Of a stretch of DNA of 64,000 nucleotides, positions 21,062-30,528 are shown in pieces (positions within the stretch are counted from its first letter, which is position 1; every line of letters starts with the position of its first letter). The notes under the pieces were generated by a model. It did not search any database and was not told the origin of the DNA. It was given only the letters and a program-made list of their open reading frames with translations. Both the position numbers and the translations under genes were made by a program. The DNA lies in NCBI GenBank assembly GCA_965223345.1, contig CBDCWG010000012.1, positions 2,656,001 through 2,720,000 on the forward strand, in the 5' to 3' direction. The stretch is from Nitrospinales bacterium (GTDB lineage: Bacteria > Nitrospinota > Nitrospinia > Nitrospinales > VA-1).

Positions 21062-22084
21062 TCAATCCCGGTAGGCGACGCCGTGCGTTTCCCCGTCGGT
21101 ATCGACCTTCTTCACGAGGCTGAGGTCGGCGGCGGAAACCACGGCCAGTTTGTTCTCATCGCGGATGGCGACGTAAACCGTTTTTCCGTCCGAGCTGATG
21201 GCCATCATGTCCGGACGCTGCCCCATCGGAGCGGTCTTGACGATTTTGCGGCTGGCGGTGTCGATCATGGCGATTTGGTTCAGCTTGCGCTGTCCGACGT
21301 AGACGGTCTTGCCGTCCGGGCCGTGCACCAGGCCGTGCGGTTCTCCCGGCACATCGATGGACGCTTCCACCGTTCCGGTCGCCGGGTCCATCAGCAACAG
21401 CTTGTCATCCTCCGGAGCGGTGAGCCAGAACAGGCTCCAGTCGTCGGTGGGTTTGATGGCCATGGCGGCCTTGGCGCCCGGCAGGGTCTGGGCCACCTGC
21501 CGCGTGTTCATGTCGATCACGGAGATGTTGGCGTCCCCGGCATTGACCACGTAGGCCTTGCGTCCTCCGGGAGAAAACACGGCGGTGATGGCTTTTTTGC
21601 CGGTGGGCATGGTGTGGACCGCCTGTTTCGACGCGATGTCGATGAAGGTCACGTTGCCCGCTCCGACATTGCAGGAGAGAGCGATCCTGCCATCGGGGGA
21701 CACCGCCACATCGTGGGCCTTGGTGTCCGCGGTGACGTCGGCCAGCTTCTCTTTCGTGACCGCGTCGATGATGGTGATGCTGCCGGGGCCCATGTTGGCG
21801 ATGAAGGCGAGTTTGCCGTCCGGGCTGAACGTGACGTTGTGCGCACCGGCTCCTGTGGGAATGGTCTTGACGACCTGATTGGAGCCGGTGTCGATGACCT
21901 GCACGTTGGCGCCTTTCATGTTGGCGACCCACACTTCACCGGCGCTGCTGGTATTCACAGGCAGCGTTGCGGCGAGCAGCACGACGGCGGCAAAAACAGC
22001 AGGGATGCGGCGCTCCCTGCGCTGCAAAGGGGTATTTCGTTTCGTCTCGATGAGACGGGTTGTTTTGAAACGATCCAGGCTCAT
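21062..22084 (-). CDS. YVTN/YncE-family beta-propeller protein
   Basis: Repeats of the form H.V..SPDG..A.V.N.G...I.VID; GGAGG RBS before ATG 22084. Confidence 0.9.
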   Translation of the reverse strand: MSLDRFKTTRLIETKRNTPLQRRERRIPAVFAAVVLLAATLPVNTSSAGEVWVANMKGANVQVIDTGSNQVVKTIPTGAGAHNVTFSPDGKLAFIANMGPGSITIIDAVTKEKLADVTADTKAHDVAVSPDGRIALSCNVGAGNVTFIDIASKQAVHTMPTGKKAITAVFSPGGRKAYVVNAGDANISVIDMNTRQVAQTLPGAKAAMAIKPTDDWSLFWLTAPEDDKLLLMDPATGTVEASIDVPGEPHGLVHGPDGKTVYVGQRKLNQIAMIDTASRKIVKTAPMGQRPDMMAISSDGKTVYVAIRDENKLAVVSAADLSLVKKVDTDGETHGVAYRD

Positions 22085-22290
22085 AGCGTGCCTCCAGGAA
22101 TAAGAGTGGATGTCGTGCAAACAGGCGGAAGGCGGCGCATCGGCGCGTGAAAATCGCTCTTGGCCGCGTGTTTCCGCCGGCTCCGGGCCGGATCGCCCGA
22201 ACGGCCTTTCTATCACTGCCGAATAGGGGGCGATTGAGCCATCGAACGAGGCTTTGGCTCAAACCGGCTCATGGGAGCTTTGCTGGAGGG

Positions 22291-22941
22291 TTATTTTACC
22301 ACGAACTGGGTGTAGGCGATGTCCTGTACCGTTCCGATCCCTGTGGTGAGCGAGGCGTTGGCGGCGATGAGGATCTCCTTTTTGATGCGTTCCTCGATCT
22401 GCCCCTTGCGCTGAAAATAGTCGCTGGGTTTTTTGCGGGCCAGGATGTTGTAGATGTCCTCGCGCAGGCTGGGCAGGACCTTGGTGATCTCTTCATCGAC
22501 ATCGGGGTTGCTCAGGATGAGGTTGGGGGTGACGGTGATGAAGCGCCCGAGCTCGCGGCCGTTGCTTTTGAGAGGCAGGAAAAAGGTCTTGAGAGGATAG
22601 ATGTGGACCTTGTCGAAATCCTTTTTGACCGTCACCACGGCGGGAGGTTCTTCCTTCTCGAGGGCTTCCTCGGGCGGGGCTTTGTCTTGCAGGAAAAAGA
22701 AAAAAACGCCGCCCGCCACCGCCAGCAGCAGAAACACACCGCCGCCGATGAGGATCCATTTCTTTTTGCCGGCAGGGGCGGTCTCCTCGGCGGGAGTCCC
22801 CTCCCCGCCTTCGTCCTCTGCGGGTTTTTCCGCCGCCTCCCCTTCTGCGGCTTCTTCGCCTCCTTCCTCGAGAAGCCGCTCGAGCTCGTCCGCTTCTTCC
22901 TGGGCGGCGGACTCTTCGTTTAATTCTTCATCCTGGGCCAT
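22291..22941 (-). CDS. fliL: Flagellar basal body-associated protein FliL
   Basis: Acidic N-terminus, KKK followed by a TM helix, LREDIYNIL and C-terminal VQDIAYTQFVVK. Confidence 0.8.
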   Translation of the reverse strand: MAQDEELNEESAAQEEADELERLLEEGGEEAAEGEAAEKPAEDEGGEGTPAEETAPAGKKKWILIGGGVFLLLAVAGGVFFFFLQDKAPPEEALEKEEPPAVVTVKKDFDKVHIYPLKTFFLPLKSNGRELGRFITVTPNLILSNPDVDEEITKVLPSLREDIYNILARKKPSDYFQRKGQIEERIKKEILIAANASLTTGIGTVQDIAYTQFVVK

Positions 22942-23004
22942 GCGTGTCTTTCTTTTCGGGATTGACGGGCAGCGAGTGGAGCGGCCGTTTGCGTGATTGC
23001 GGGA

Positions 23005-23622
23005 TCAGCCCGCGGAACGGTCGAGGGCTTTCAGCGCTGCAAACACGGATTGTGCGTTCGAGCGCAGCGTCTGCAAATCCGAACGGTTCTCAAGGACATA
23101 ATCGGCATATTTCGATTTTTCTTCATCGCTCATCTGGCTGCGCATGCGGGCGACGACTTCATCCCGGCTCAGCGCACTGCGGGCCACGACCCGCCGGATG
23201 CGGGTTTCCTCGTCACAGGTGATGACGATGACTTTGTCCATCTTAGTGTGGTTTCCCGATTCGATCAGCAGGGCGGCGTCCACGAACACCAGGGCTGCGG
23301 GATCGCGTTCGCGGATTCGGGTGTAGATTTTCTGTTCTTCCTCAAAGACCAGCGGGTGCAGGATGCCTTCAAGGATTTTCTTTTTGCCGGGATCGTGAAA
23401 CACGATGTGGGCGAGTTTGCCCCGGTCCAGCGTCTGGTCCTCCTGCAGGATCTGCGGGCCGAAGGCTTCGACGATCTTTTGCCAGCCGGGTTGCTGCGGG
23501 CGTTCCAGGTCTCTCACGATGGCATCGGCGTCGATCACGTGCCCGCCCCATTCCGTGAACAGGGCGGAGACGGTGCTTTTACCGGAACCGATGCTGCCGG
23601 TGAGACCCACTAGCAATGCCAC
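23005..23622 (-). CDS. coaE: Dephospho-CoA kinase
   Basis: VGLTGSIGSGKSTV, IDAD, LDRGKLA, ILHP and ADYVLEN. Confidence 0.96.
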   Translation of the reverse strand: MALLVGLTGSIGSGKSTVSALFTEWGGHVIDADAIVRDLERPQQPGWQKIVEAFGPQILQEDQTLDRGKLAHIVFHDPGKKKILEGILHPLVFEEEQKIYTRIRERDPAALVFVDAALLIESGNHTKMDKVIVITCDEETRIRRVVARSALSRDEVVARMRSQMSDEEKSKYADYVLENRSDLQTLRSNAQSVFAALKALDRSAG

Positions 23623-23658
23623 GCGGATGATCTCCTTATAGGGGTGAAGGCGTCGGGC

Positions 23659-24516
23659 TCAGCCCAGTTTTTCCAGGACCGCTTCGTGCAGCCGCATGAT
23701 CTTGCGGGTGATGGGGCCGGGTTGGCCGTCGCCCACGGCCTGCCCGTCCAGGCGGGTGACGGGAAGGACCTTTTTCAGGGTGCCGGTGAGAAACATCTCC
23801 TCGGCATTTTCCAGCACTTCCGCCGGCCATTTCCCCTCTTCCGCGGGGATGCCGTTCTCGCGGGCCAGCTCGAGCACGACTTCGCGCGTGATGCCGGCGA
23901 GGATGCCGCACTCGATGGACGGCGTGTGCAGGCGGCCCTGCTGCACAAAAAAGAAATTGCTGGTGGTGCTTTCGGTGAGAAAGCCCCAGGGGCTCAGCAT
24001 CAGAGCGTCCTTGGCGCCCAGTTTATTGGCTTCCATCTTGGCGAGCACGTTGTTGAGGTAGTTGCCGGTCTTGATGCCGGGGTTCAGCGCCTCGCGCGCA
24101 TTGCGCTTGATCGACACCACGGCGATCTCGATGCCCTTCTCGTAGTATTCGTCCGGGTAGGTTTTCTGATCGGTGACGTAGATCAGCACATTCGGTTGAC
24201 TGCACGAGGACGGGTCGATGTCGATGTCGCCCACGCCGCGGGTGACGACGATGCGGATGTACGACTCCGCGTTGCCCGTCGCCTTGAGGGTCTTGTCGAT
24301 CTCCCTGTGGAAACGCTCCGCATCGTACGGGATCTCCAGGGCGATGGCGGCGGCTGAATTCTGCAGGCGGCGCAGGTGGCGGTCGAGAAAACAGGGTTTG
24401 CCGTTGCGGGTGCACACCACTTCGTAGACGCTGTCGCCGAACAGGAAACCGTGGTCGTACACGGAGATGTGCGGGTCTTCCTCGATATTGCCGTTGAAAT
24501 TGATTTTTGTGGTCAT
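23659..24516 (-). CDS. Class IV PLP aminotransferase (IlvE/Dat/PabC family)
   Basis: DHGFLFGDSVYE, HLRRL, IKTGNYL (PLP lysine), ESTTSN and ILAGITR. Confidence 0.93.
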   Translation of the reverse strand: MTTKINFNGNIEEDPHISVYDHGFLFGDSVYEVVCTRNGKPCFLDRHLRRLQNSAAAIALEIPYDAERFHREIDKTLKATGNAESYIRIVVTRGVGDIDIDPSSCSQPNVLIYVTDQKTYPDEYYEKGIEIAVVSIKRNAREALNPGIKTGNYLNNVLAKMEANKLGAKDALMLSPWGFLTESTTSNFFFVQQGRLHTPSIECGILAGITREVVLELARENGIPAEEGKWPAEVLENAEEMFLTGTLKKVLPVTRLDGQAVGDGQPGPITRKIMRLHEAVLEKLG

Positions 24517-24674
24517 CGATTGTGAGTGCGGGCCGATACCCATCCGGCACAAGCGGATCGGCAAAGGCTCTGAGATGTGATCCGGGAAGGAAAGGCGAAT
24601 GTTCTTGAAAAGGTTTCAAAACCGGCAAAATTCACAAGGTTGCCGGGAAATCTCAAGCCCTTCGGGAGGGGTTC

Positions 24675-25364
24675 TCAATTTTTGTCGAGAGACAACAGGA
24701 TTTCGTTCAACTTTTTCCTTTCGTCCGGCGTGTGGCTATCCTGCGGGACGCCCTGTAATTCGAGATTCTCTTCATCGTCGCCCTGTTTGTGACCGTCGGG
24801 ATCGACATCCTGGGCCAGATTGCCGACTCCTTTGAGCTTGTCGAATTTTTTGCGGATGCCGTCGATGTCGAACTCGGGAATTTTGTCCACGTAATCCTCG
24901 GCGTTCACCGTCTCGGCCACCGCCTCGGACACTTTATACAGGTGCGGGGCGATGGCGCTGTCCTGCAATACCTTGCCGTGCAGGTCGGGGAAAAACTTCA
25001 GCGGGAACATCAGGATGATGAGGATCAGCACGCCTTTGATCACCCCGAGCGCGCCGCCCATCATGCGGTCCAGGCCCGACAGTCCGGACGAGGAATGCAC
25101 CAGTTTTTTCACGCCTTTGCCGATCAGGGAAATCCCCACCACCGCCGCCAGGAACACGACGACGAACCCGACCATTTCCGCGACGGCGGCGCTGGGCAGG
25201 ACTTTGTGCAGGCTTTCGGCCACCTCGCCGCGGAACTTGACGGCGAGGAGGTACCCGCCCACATAGGCGAGCAGCGAGAAAATTTCCCGCACCATGCCGC
25301 GGATGACGGAATAGATCAGGCTGATTCCCAGAACGATGATGAAAAATGTGTCCAGCAGGCTCAT
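24675..25364 (-). CDS. cvpA: CvpA family (colicin V production) membrane protein
   Basis: LD...RGMVREIFSL...LDRMMGGALG pattern. Confidence 0.88.
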   Translation of the reverse strand: MSLLDTFFIIVLGISLIYSVIRGMVREIFSLLAYVGGYLLAVKFRGEVAESLHKVLPSAAVAEMVGFVVVFLAAVVGISLIGKGVKKLVHSSSGLSGLDRMMGGALGVIKGVLILIILMFPLKFFPDLHGKVLQDSAIAPHLYKVSEAVAETVNAEDYVDKIPEFDIDGIRKKFDKLKGVGNLAQDVDPDGHKQGDDEENLELQGVPQDSHTPDERKKLNEILLSLDKN

Positions 25365-25405
25365 ACAGGCGAAAACCCTTTCGATATCATGCGTTTTAAG
25401 TTATT

Positions 25406-27835
25406 TCAATCGAAGGAAATAGTCAATATCTCTTTTATTTGTTTGACTTTCTGGTTCACCTCGCCGCCGCCGTACAGGGCGAGGTATATGACGTGGTTTC
25501 TCAGGATTTTCTGCACGTAATTGCGGGTTTCGTTGTAGGGAATGCTCTCCATGAACTCCACGGGGTTGAGGTCGCCGCGTATGCGAACCCATTGTTTCAC
25601 CTTGTTGGGACCGGCGTTGTAGCCCGCCAGCGTGTAGACGATGTTCTGGTCGAAGCGGGTCCACAGGTCGTTGAGGTAATCGACCCCCAGGCGGATGTTG
25701 GTCTCCGGATCTTTCAGGTGATCGAGGGTGGGGATCTCCTGCTTGAGGGAGCGGGCCACCTGCGCGGCGGTGCGCGGCATCAACTGCATCAGCCCCACGG
25801 CGTTGGCGGGTGAGGTGACTTCCCGGTTGAAGGCGCTTTCCTGCCGCATCAGCGCCAGCACCAGAAAGGGATCGAGCGGGTAATCCTTCAGGGTGCTGTT
25901 GAGCGGCTCGATGTAGGCCTTGGGAAACAGGACCTCCGCCAGCGACCGGGACAGGCTGCCGTTGTTGCCGTTGCCGGCGATCTCCCAGGAAAGGCGGATC
26001 GAGTCCTGATAGTTTCTGCCCATGTGGAACAGCTTGGCCAGGTAGAACAGAAACGGCTGGTTTTCCCGCCGCACGGAAATGCGGTCCAGCTCCTCGACGC
26101 CCTGATCGAGAAAGCCGACGGCGATCAGCTTTTCGGCGCGGGTCAGCCGCTTGCGGTCGATGTCGCCCAGTCCCAGGTAGCGGGAGGCGATTTTTTGCGA
26201 CGGCTTGCCCATGACGTAGTTGCGGATCTCCAGGCCGGGATCCTTGTGGCTGTAGATGGCGTAAAAGTTGAACGGGTATTTCTCGGTGAGCGTGTCCACC
26301 CAGTGCCGCATCTTGTCGCGGTTGCCGGCTTCTTTTTCGGTCTGGGCCAACCAGAACAGGGTGGCGGCTTTTTGCGAGCCGTTCTGCGGGTAGGACGCGT
26401 CCAGCCGCCGGAAGGCGTCGCTGGAATAGAACTTCCACAGTTTTTCAAAGTTGGCGGCGGCGGCGCTCAGATCCTTCTGCAGCCGTTCGATCCAGGGGAT
26501 CTTGAACATCGTGGCGGTGGTGTAGGGGCCGTAATCGTACTGCTCCATGAGCTGGCGGTAGAACTCCAGGGAGTCGCTGTAGCGCTTTTTGTCCTCGAAG
26601 ATGCGGCCGAGAAAAAAAAGCGCCTTGTGGCAGGCCCGGGTCTCCAGGGGATGCTGTTTGAGGATTTTCTGGTAGAACAGCGCCGCCTGGTCGGAGCGGC
26701 CCGACGACCACAGCGAGTAGGCCAGGTTGTTGAGCCGCTTGGCCGGATACAGGTCGGTGATCTTGTGCAGCGTCGCGTTGAGGGTGTGTTTCTTGAGATA
26801 CGGCACGATGATGCGGTCGATGCTTTCGATGACGCCGTGCGCCTCCTGGATGCCGGGATAGTAGGTCAGCACTTCCAGACCCAGCTTCAGGCTTTTCATG
26901 GGGTTGTTTTTTTTCAGCGACCGGTAGAATTTCCGCACCGTTTCGTTTTCATAAGTGAGCTCCTTGGGTTTGCGGGCGATCGGTTTGGGAGCCAGGGGCG
27001 GCGGCTCGCCGGATTCAGGGCTGCCGGGGGGCGCGAGTGCGGCGAGGATGGTTTTTTGCTCTTTGAGGTCTTTCGCGTGCTTGTCCAAAAATTCATCGGC
27101 CGCTTCCCGCACTTCGTCCGGGTGGGACTTGGCGAGCAGGGACGCATAGATGTCGGCGGCGGTGGCGATTTCCCCGGCCGCTGCATAGGTTTTGGCGAGC
27201 GACAGGTGCACCCGCTGTTTGTGCTCGCGGTTGTCGGGGAATTCCCGCATCAGCGAGCGGCGGTAGGCTCTCCAGGCGGCCTTGTAGTTTTTCAGCAGGC
27301 TGTGCGCGTCGCCCTGCAGCTCTTCGATCTCGGCGAGGTCCTGCGCCAGCTGCTTGTAGAATGGACTTTCCGGATAGGATTTGAACATGTGCAGGCGGAT
27401 GCGCTCGGACTGCACGAAGTGCTCGACCGCCTGGGCGTATTTTTCCTCTTCCAGTTTCAGTATGCCCAGTTCCTTATAGGCGTGCGCCAGAAAATGCCGC
27501 CTGAAATCCTCGAGGATGAAGTTGCCGAAGATGTTTTTTTTCAGGTAGCGGATCGCATCGGCGTATTCCCCGCTCTGCACGTGCATGTAGCCGATGGCGA
27601 GAGCCAGCAGGTTTTTCTCCTCACGGGACGCGGCGGATTTGCGCGCGGTCTCGTAGTTTTCGATCCAGCGCGGCAGGTCCTCTTCTTCGAGGCCGCCCAA
27701 ATCCACGATCTTGCCGTCAAGCAGCGGCAGCGGAGCCGGAAAGGGTTTGTGGGTGTTGAAAATATCCAGATTCTTCGCCGCGGCGGTGCTGAAGAGGATG
27801 GCGGTCAGGAGTAGAACGCGGAGGAGGATTTTCAT
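25406..27835 (-). CDS. Soluble lytic transglycosylase (Slt70-like) with TPR repeats
   Basis: C-terminal LMRQESAF, AVGLMQLMP, AGYNAG and IPYNETRNYV; signal peptide from ATG 27835. Confidence 0.92.
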   Translation of the reverse strand: MKILLRVLLLTAILFSTAAAKNLDIFNTHKPFPAPLPLLDGKIVDLGGLEEEDLPRWIENYETARKSAASREEKNLLALAIGYMHVQSGEYADAIRYLKKNIFGNFILEDFRRHFLAHAYKELGILKLEEEKYAQAVEHFVQSERIRLHMFKSYPESPFYKQLAQDLAEIEELQGDAHSLLKNYKAAWRAYRRSLMREFPDNREHKQRVHLSLAKTYAAAGEIATAADIYASLLAKSHPDEVREAADEFLDKHAKDLKEQKTILAALAPPGSPESGEPPPLAPKPIARKPKELTYENETVRKFYRSLKKNNPMKSLKLGLEVLTYYPGIQEAHGVIESIDRIIVPYLKKHTLNATLHKITDLYPAKRLNNLAYSLWSSGRSDQAALFYQKILKQHPLETRACHKALFFLGRIFEDKKRYSDSLEFYRQLMEQYDYGPYTTATMFKIPWIERLQKDLSAAAANFEKLWKFYSSDAFRRLDASYPQNGSQKAATLFWLAQTEKEAGNRDKMRHWVDTLTEKYPFNFYAIYSHKDPGLEIRNYVMGKPSQKIASRYLGLGDIDRKRLTRAEKLIAVGFLDQGVEELDRISVRRENQPFLFYLAKLFHMGRNYQDSIRLSWEIAGNGNNGSLSRSLAEVLFPKAYIEPLNSTLKDYPLDPFLVLALMRQESAFNREVTSPANAVGLMQLMPRTAAQVARSLKQEIPTLDHLKDPETNIRLGVDYLNDLWTRFDQNIVYTLAGYNAGPNKVKQWVRIRGDLNPVEFMESIPYNETRNYVQKILRNHVIYLALYGGGEVNQKVKQIKEILTISFD

Positions 27836-28114
27836 GAAAGACGGGAGTCTGGGAATCGTTGCGATTGCAGCCCGCAAAGACCGCCGGGCCTGGACGCGGT
27901 TCATCCCTCTGGGTGGGTCCGTCTGGGCATGCGGTGCCGCCGGTGAAGCACCGGCAGGCACGGGGATTGTGGACCCGGTCAAAGGATTTGGCACCTTATA
28001 AATCCGGACCTTGACCCGAGGCGATGTCCATTTTATCGCAAGGAAAAGAAAAAAACCAGAAATTGAATGGGTTCTTTTTAGCAGGTGTGTCCGCCGCGAA
28101 CGAGCGGCAAACGC

Positions 28115-28639
28115 TTACGGTTTTTTGCCGAGGCTGCGGCTCAGGTGCACGATGTAATCGTCGTCCGCCTGCGGTTTCGCACTGGTTTCCGGCTGCCGCA
28201 GTTTGATCTGCGGCGCGGAGGCGTGTGCGGGTCCGGCTTCCAGGGTGCTGGCGGGACCGACGATGACTTCTTCACCGACGTTCCACTGGGATTTTGCCGC
28301 CGGGTCCTTTTCGATGGCGATGATGACGATTTCGTGGGTCTGGGAGTTCCAGCGCGACTGCGGCATGCGGTTGTTCATCTGCCGCCGCTCCTGCCCTTCC
28401 TTGCGTTCCCGCTGCTGCTTGGGATGCACGGCGTCGCTGACGGCGGACTGGGCGCGGCGGTCGCCGCTGCGCAGATCGCCGTTGCGCAGGATGATGCCTT
28501 TGCGCTTCTGCAGGTGTTTCTGGAAGCTGGGCGCCGGTGCGCTGCCCGCAACGCGGTAGGACGGCTTCGTCGAAACAATCCGATCCACGGATTTATCCGG
28601 CTCGGTGGTTTTGTTTCTATCAATACCGGCGACCAACAT
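28115..28639 (-). CDS. Hypothetical protein
   Basis: 174 aa ORF with AGGAG RBS; preceded by a sigma28-like promoter. Confidence 0.65.
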   Translation of the reverse strand: MLVAGIDRNKTTEPDKSVDRIVSTKPSYRVAGSAPAPSFQKHLQKRKGIILRNGDLRSGDRRAQSAVSDAVHPKQQRERKEGQERRQMNNRMPQSRWNSQTHEIVIIAIEKDPAAKSQWNVGEEVIVGPASTLEAGPAHASAPQIKLRQPETSAKPQADDDYIVHLSRSLGKKP

Positions 28640-28699
28640 GACAGAACTCCTAAACCAAAATATGAGTTTGGGGCAGAAGTAATTTTACAGGATATCTTC

Positions 28700-28727
28700 G
28701 TATCGGCAAGCCTTAATCGAATCTTGA
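28700..28727 (-). promoter_or_regulatory. Putative sigma28 (FliA/SigD) promoter
   Basis: Minus strand reads TCAA-N16-GCCGATAC, about 60 nt upstream of the ATG at 28639. Confidence 0.55.
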
Positions 28728-28736
28728 GGGTTTTTT

Positions 28737-29261
28737 TTATTTTTTTTGCCCGGATCCGCGTTTTTGAGACAAGTAGTGGAAAAACAACAGCTTGAAAGTT
28801 GAGGTGAAGGGGTGGGTCTGTTCGGCGAGGGCGGTCTCGATGGCATCGGGATGCCAATAGCGGCCTTCGCTGATCTCCTGCGGGTCGAGGGTGAGTTTCT
28901 GGCAGGTCGTGCAGGTGTAGGCGGTCACGTGCTCGCCGAAGGTGGCGTCGCAGGCGGCAATGCGGGTGAAGGGCGTCAACGCCTCGCGGATGCCCAGCTC
29001 CTCCATCAGTTCGCGCTGCGCTGCGGCGGGGTAGTCCTCGCCCGCATCGACGTGGCCCGCCGAGGAGGAATCCCAGTAACCGGGGTTTTCGTCTTTGGTT
29101 TCGGCGCGCTTTTGCAAAAACAGGTTGCCCTGCGGGTCGAACACGAACGTGTGGACCGAACGGTGCAGCAGGGCGCGCGCGTGGATCTCCCTGCGCGTGG
29201 CCTGACCGATCACCCGGTCTTCGGCATCGACCACATCGTAGATCTCTTCTTCCGGGTTCAT
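28737..29261 (-). CDS. NUDIX hydrolase (IPP isomerase type 1-like)
   Basis: LLHRSVH, LFLQKR and Nudix box AGHVDAGEDYPAAAQRELMEELGI. Confidence 0.9.
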   Translation of the reverse strand: MNPEEEIYDVVDAEDRVIGQATRREIHARALLHRSVHTFVFDPQGNLFLQKRAETKDENPGYWDSSSAGHVDAGEDYPAAAQRELMEELGIREALTPFTRIAACDATFGEHVTAYTCTTCQKLTLDPQEISEGRYWHPDAIETALAEQTHPFTSTFKLLFFHYLSQKRGSGQKK

Positions 29262-29317
29262 CCGGCCCTCCCCTGTTTTCATTTATTGCATCATAGCACG
29301 GGGGCCGGACGGCGGCG

Positions 29318-29620
29318 CTATTTGTAGCGCATCGTGTTGGCGAAGCCAGCGCTGTACACCCAGTAAGGCCAGTCGTAGTGCGTGGGGAACAGGCGCGGCA
29401 GCAGGGGTTTCTTCTCTTCAGGGGTCAGTGTGGTGAAGAAATGGGGTTCCGGCTGGGGAGGCGCCTGCGTGGCCAGCCATTCGGCGTTGTCCGGACCTTT
29501 GAAAAAACCGTTGTCCGCGGACAGAGCGGTTTCATGCGCCGTGTTGGCCTGGTGACCCGGCGTGGTGTGAAGTGAGCAGGCTGTCAGAGCCAGCAGGAAA
29601 AAAGGCGCAATCCATCGCAT
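29318..29620 (-). CDS. Small lipoprotein
   Basis: MRWIAPFFLLALTAC lipobox; GGAGG RBS. Confidence 0.7.
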   Translation of the reverse strand: MRWIAPFFLLALTACSLHTTPGHQANTAHETALSADNGFFKGPDNAEWLATQAPPQPEPHFFTTLTPEEKKPLLPRLFPTHYDWPYWVYSAGFANTMRYK

Positions 29621-29808
29621 GATCCCATCCTCCAATAGAATCGACTCCCCCGCTCCTCCGGCACTCAATGGTAAACCTCGAGCTTACTATGGAATTCTTG
29701 CGTGCACAATCGCTAAATGCTGTGGTTTAAAGCTCTTCCGATGACGGAAGCGTCGCCTCGGAGGGGACGGCGGGTTGCGGAAGACTGTGCGGGAAATGTG
29801 GACGGCGA

Positions 29809-30261
29809 TCAGATTCCCGGCTGCTTGAAGCGGAATCCCATCGGCGCTTTCGGGCGTTCGTACTCGTAGCCGTTGAGGAACAGCTTGACCGGTTTTTCCA
29901 TTCCCGGATAGGTGACCTCGAAAATATCCAGAAGGCCGGTGGCCTGTTCCCCGCCGGAAAAATTGCCGACGTGTTTGTTGGTGGTCTTGAACGGGCAGCA
30001 GGCGCGGTTGCGTTTGAAATACAGCCGTTGCCCTTTCGGGCCGGTCAGCATTTTCAGGTACAGGTATTCGTTGCGCGCGCCCACCTTGCCGTAGCCGCCA
30101 ACTTTGATCGGGTTGTCGATCGTGAAGCCGTACGTGGGGTCGTCGGAGACCTGGTTGAGATCGGCGGCGAAGCGCTCGCTGCCGCCGGGCTCAGAGGCGA
30201 CCGGTTGAACAATTCCCAGGCTGAGCGTGAGGGATACGATGATCAACAGTGCTTTTTTCAT
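29809..30261 (-). CDS. Exported conserved hypothetical protein
   Basis: Signal peptide; YGFTIDNPIKVGG...CCPFKT...GLLDIFEV...APMGF. Confidence 0.8.
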   Translation of the reverse strand: MKKALLIIVSLTLSLGIVQPVASEPGGSERFAADLNQVSDDPTYGFTIDNPIKVGGYGKVGARNEYLYLKMLTGPKGQRLYFKRNRACCPFKTTNKHVGNFSGGEQATGLLDIFEVTYPGMEKPVKLFLNGYEYERPKAPMGFRFKQPGI

Positions 30262-30528
30262 GGTTCTCCCGTTGCAGAATGTTCATCCATGCGATGTCAT
30301 GTCGCATCGAACTAAAAGCAACGCGCATGCCAAAAAACGGGAGTATGAAAAAAGGCGGTTTAAACCGGCGTCGCGGCAACGCAACGCGTTTTGCGTATGA
30401 CGGATCAGACGGGAGGGACAATTTTGGGGTGTCGTGGCGACCGGGCGCGGCGGGATGTGGGCCAGCGGGCGGTTTTTCAGGACCGGTGCGTTTTCAGGCT
30501 GGTGAGACGTAGCCCGAGCGTGCGCGGG

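Noticed and set aside
26024..27814. 596-aa plus-strand ORF
   Set aside because: Antisense to the Slt gene
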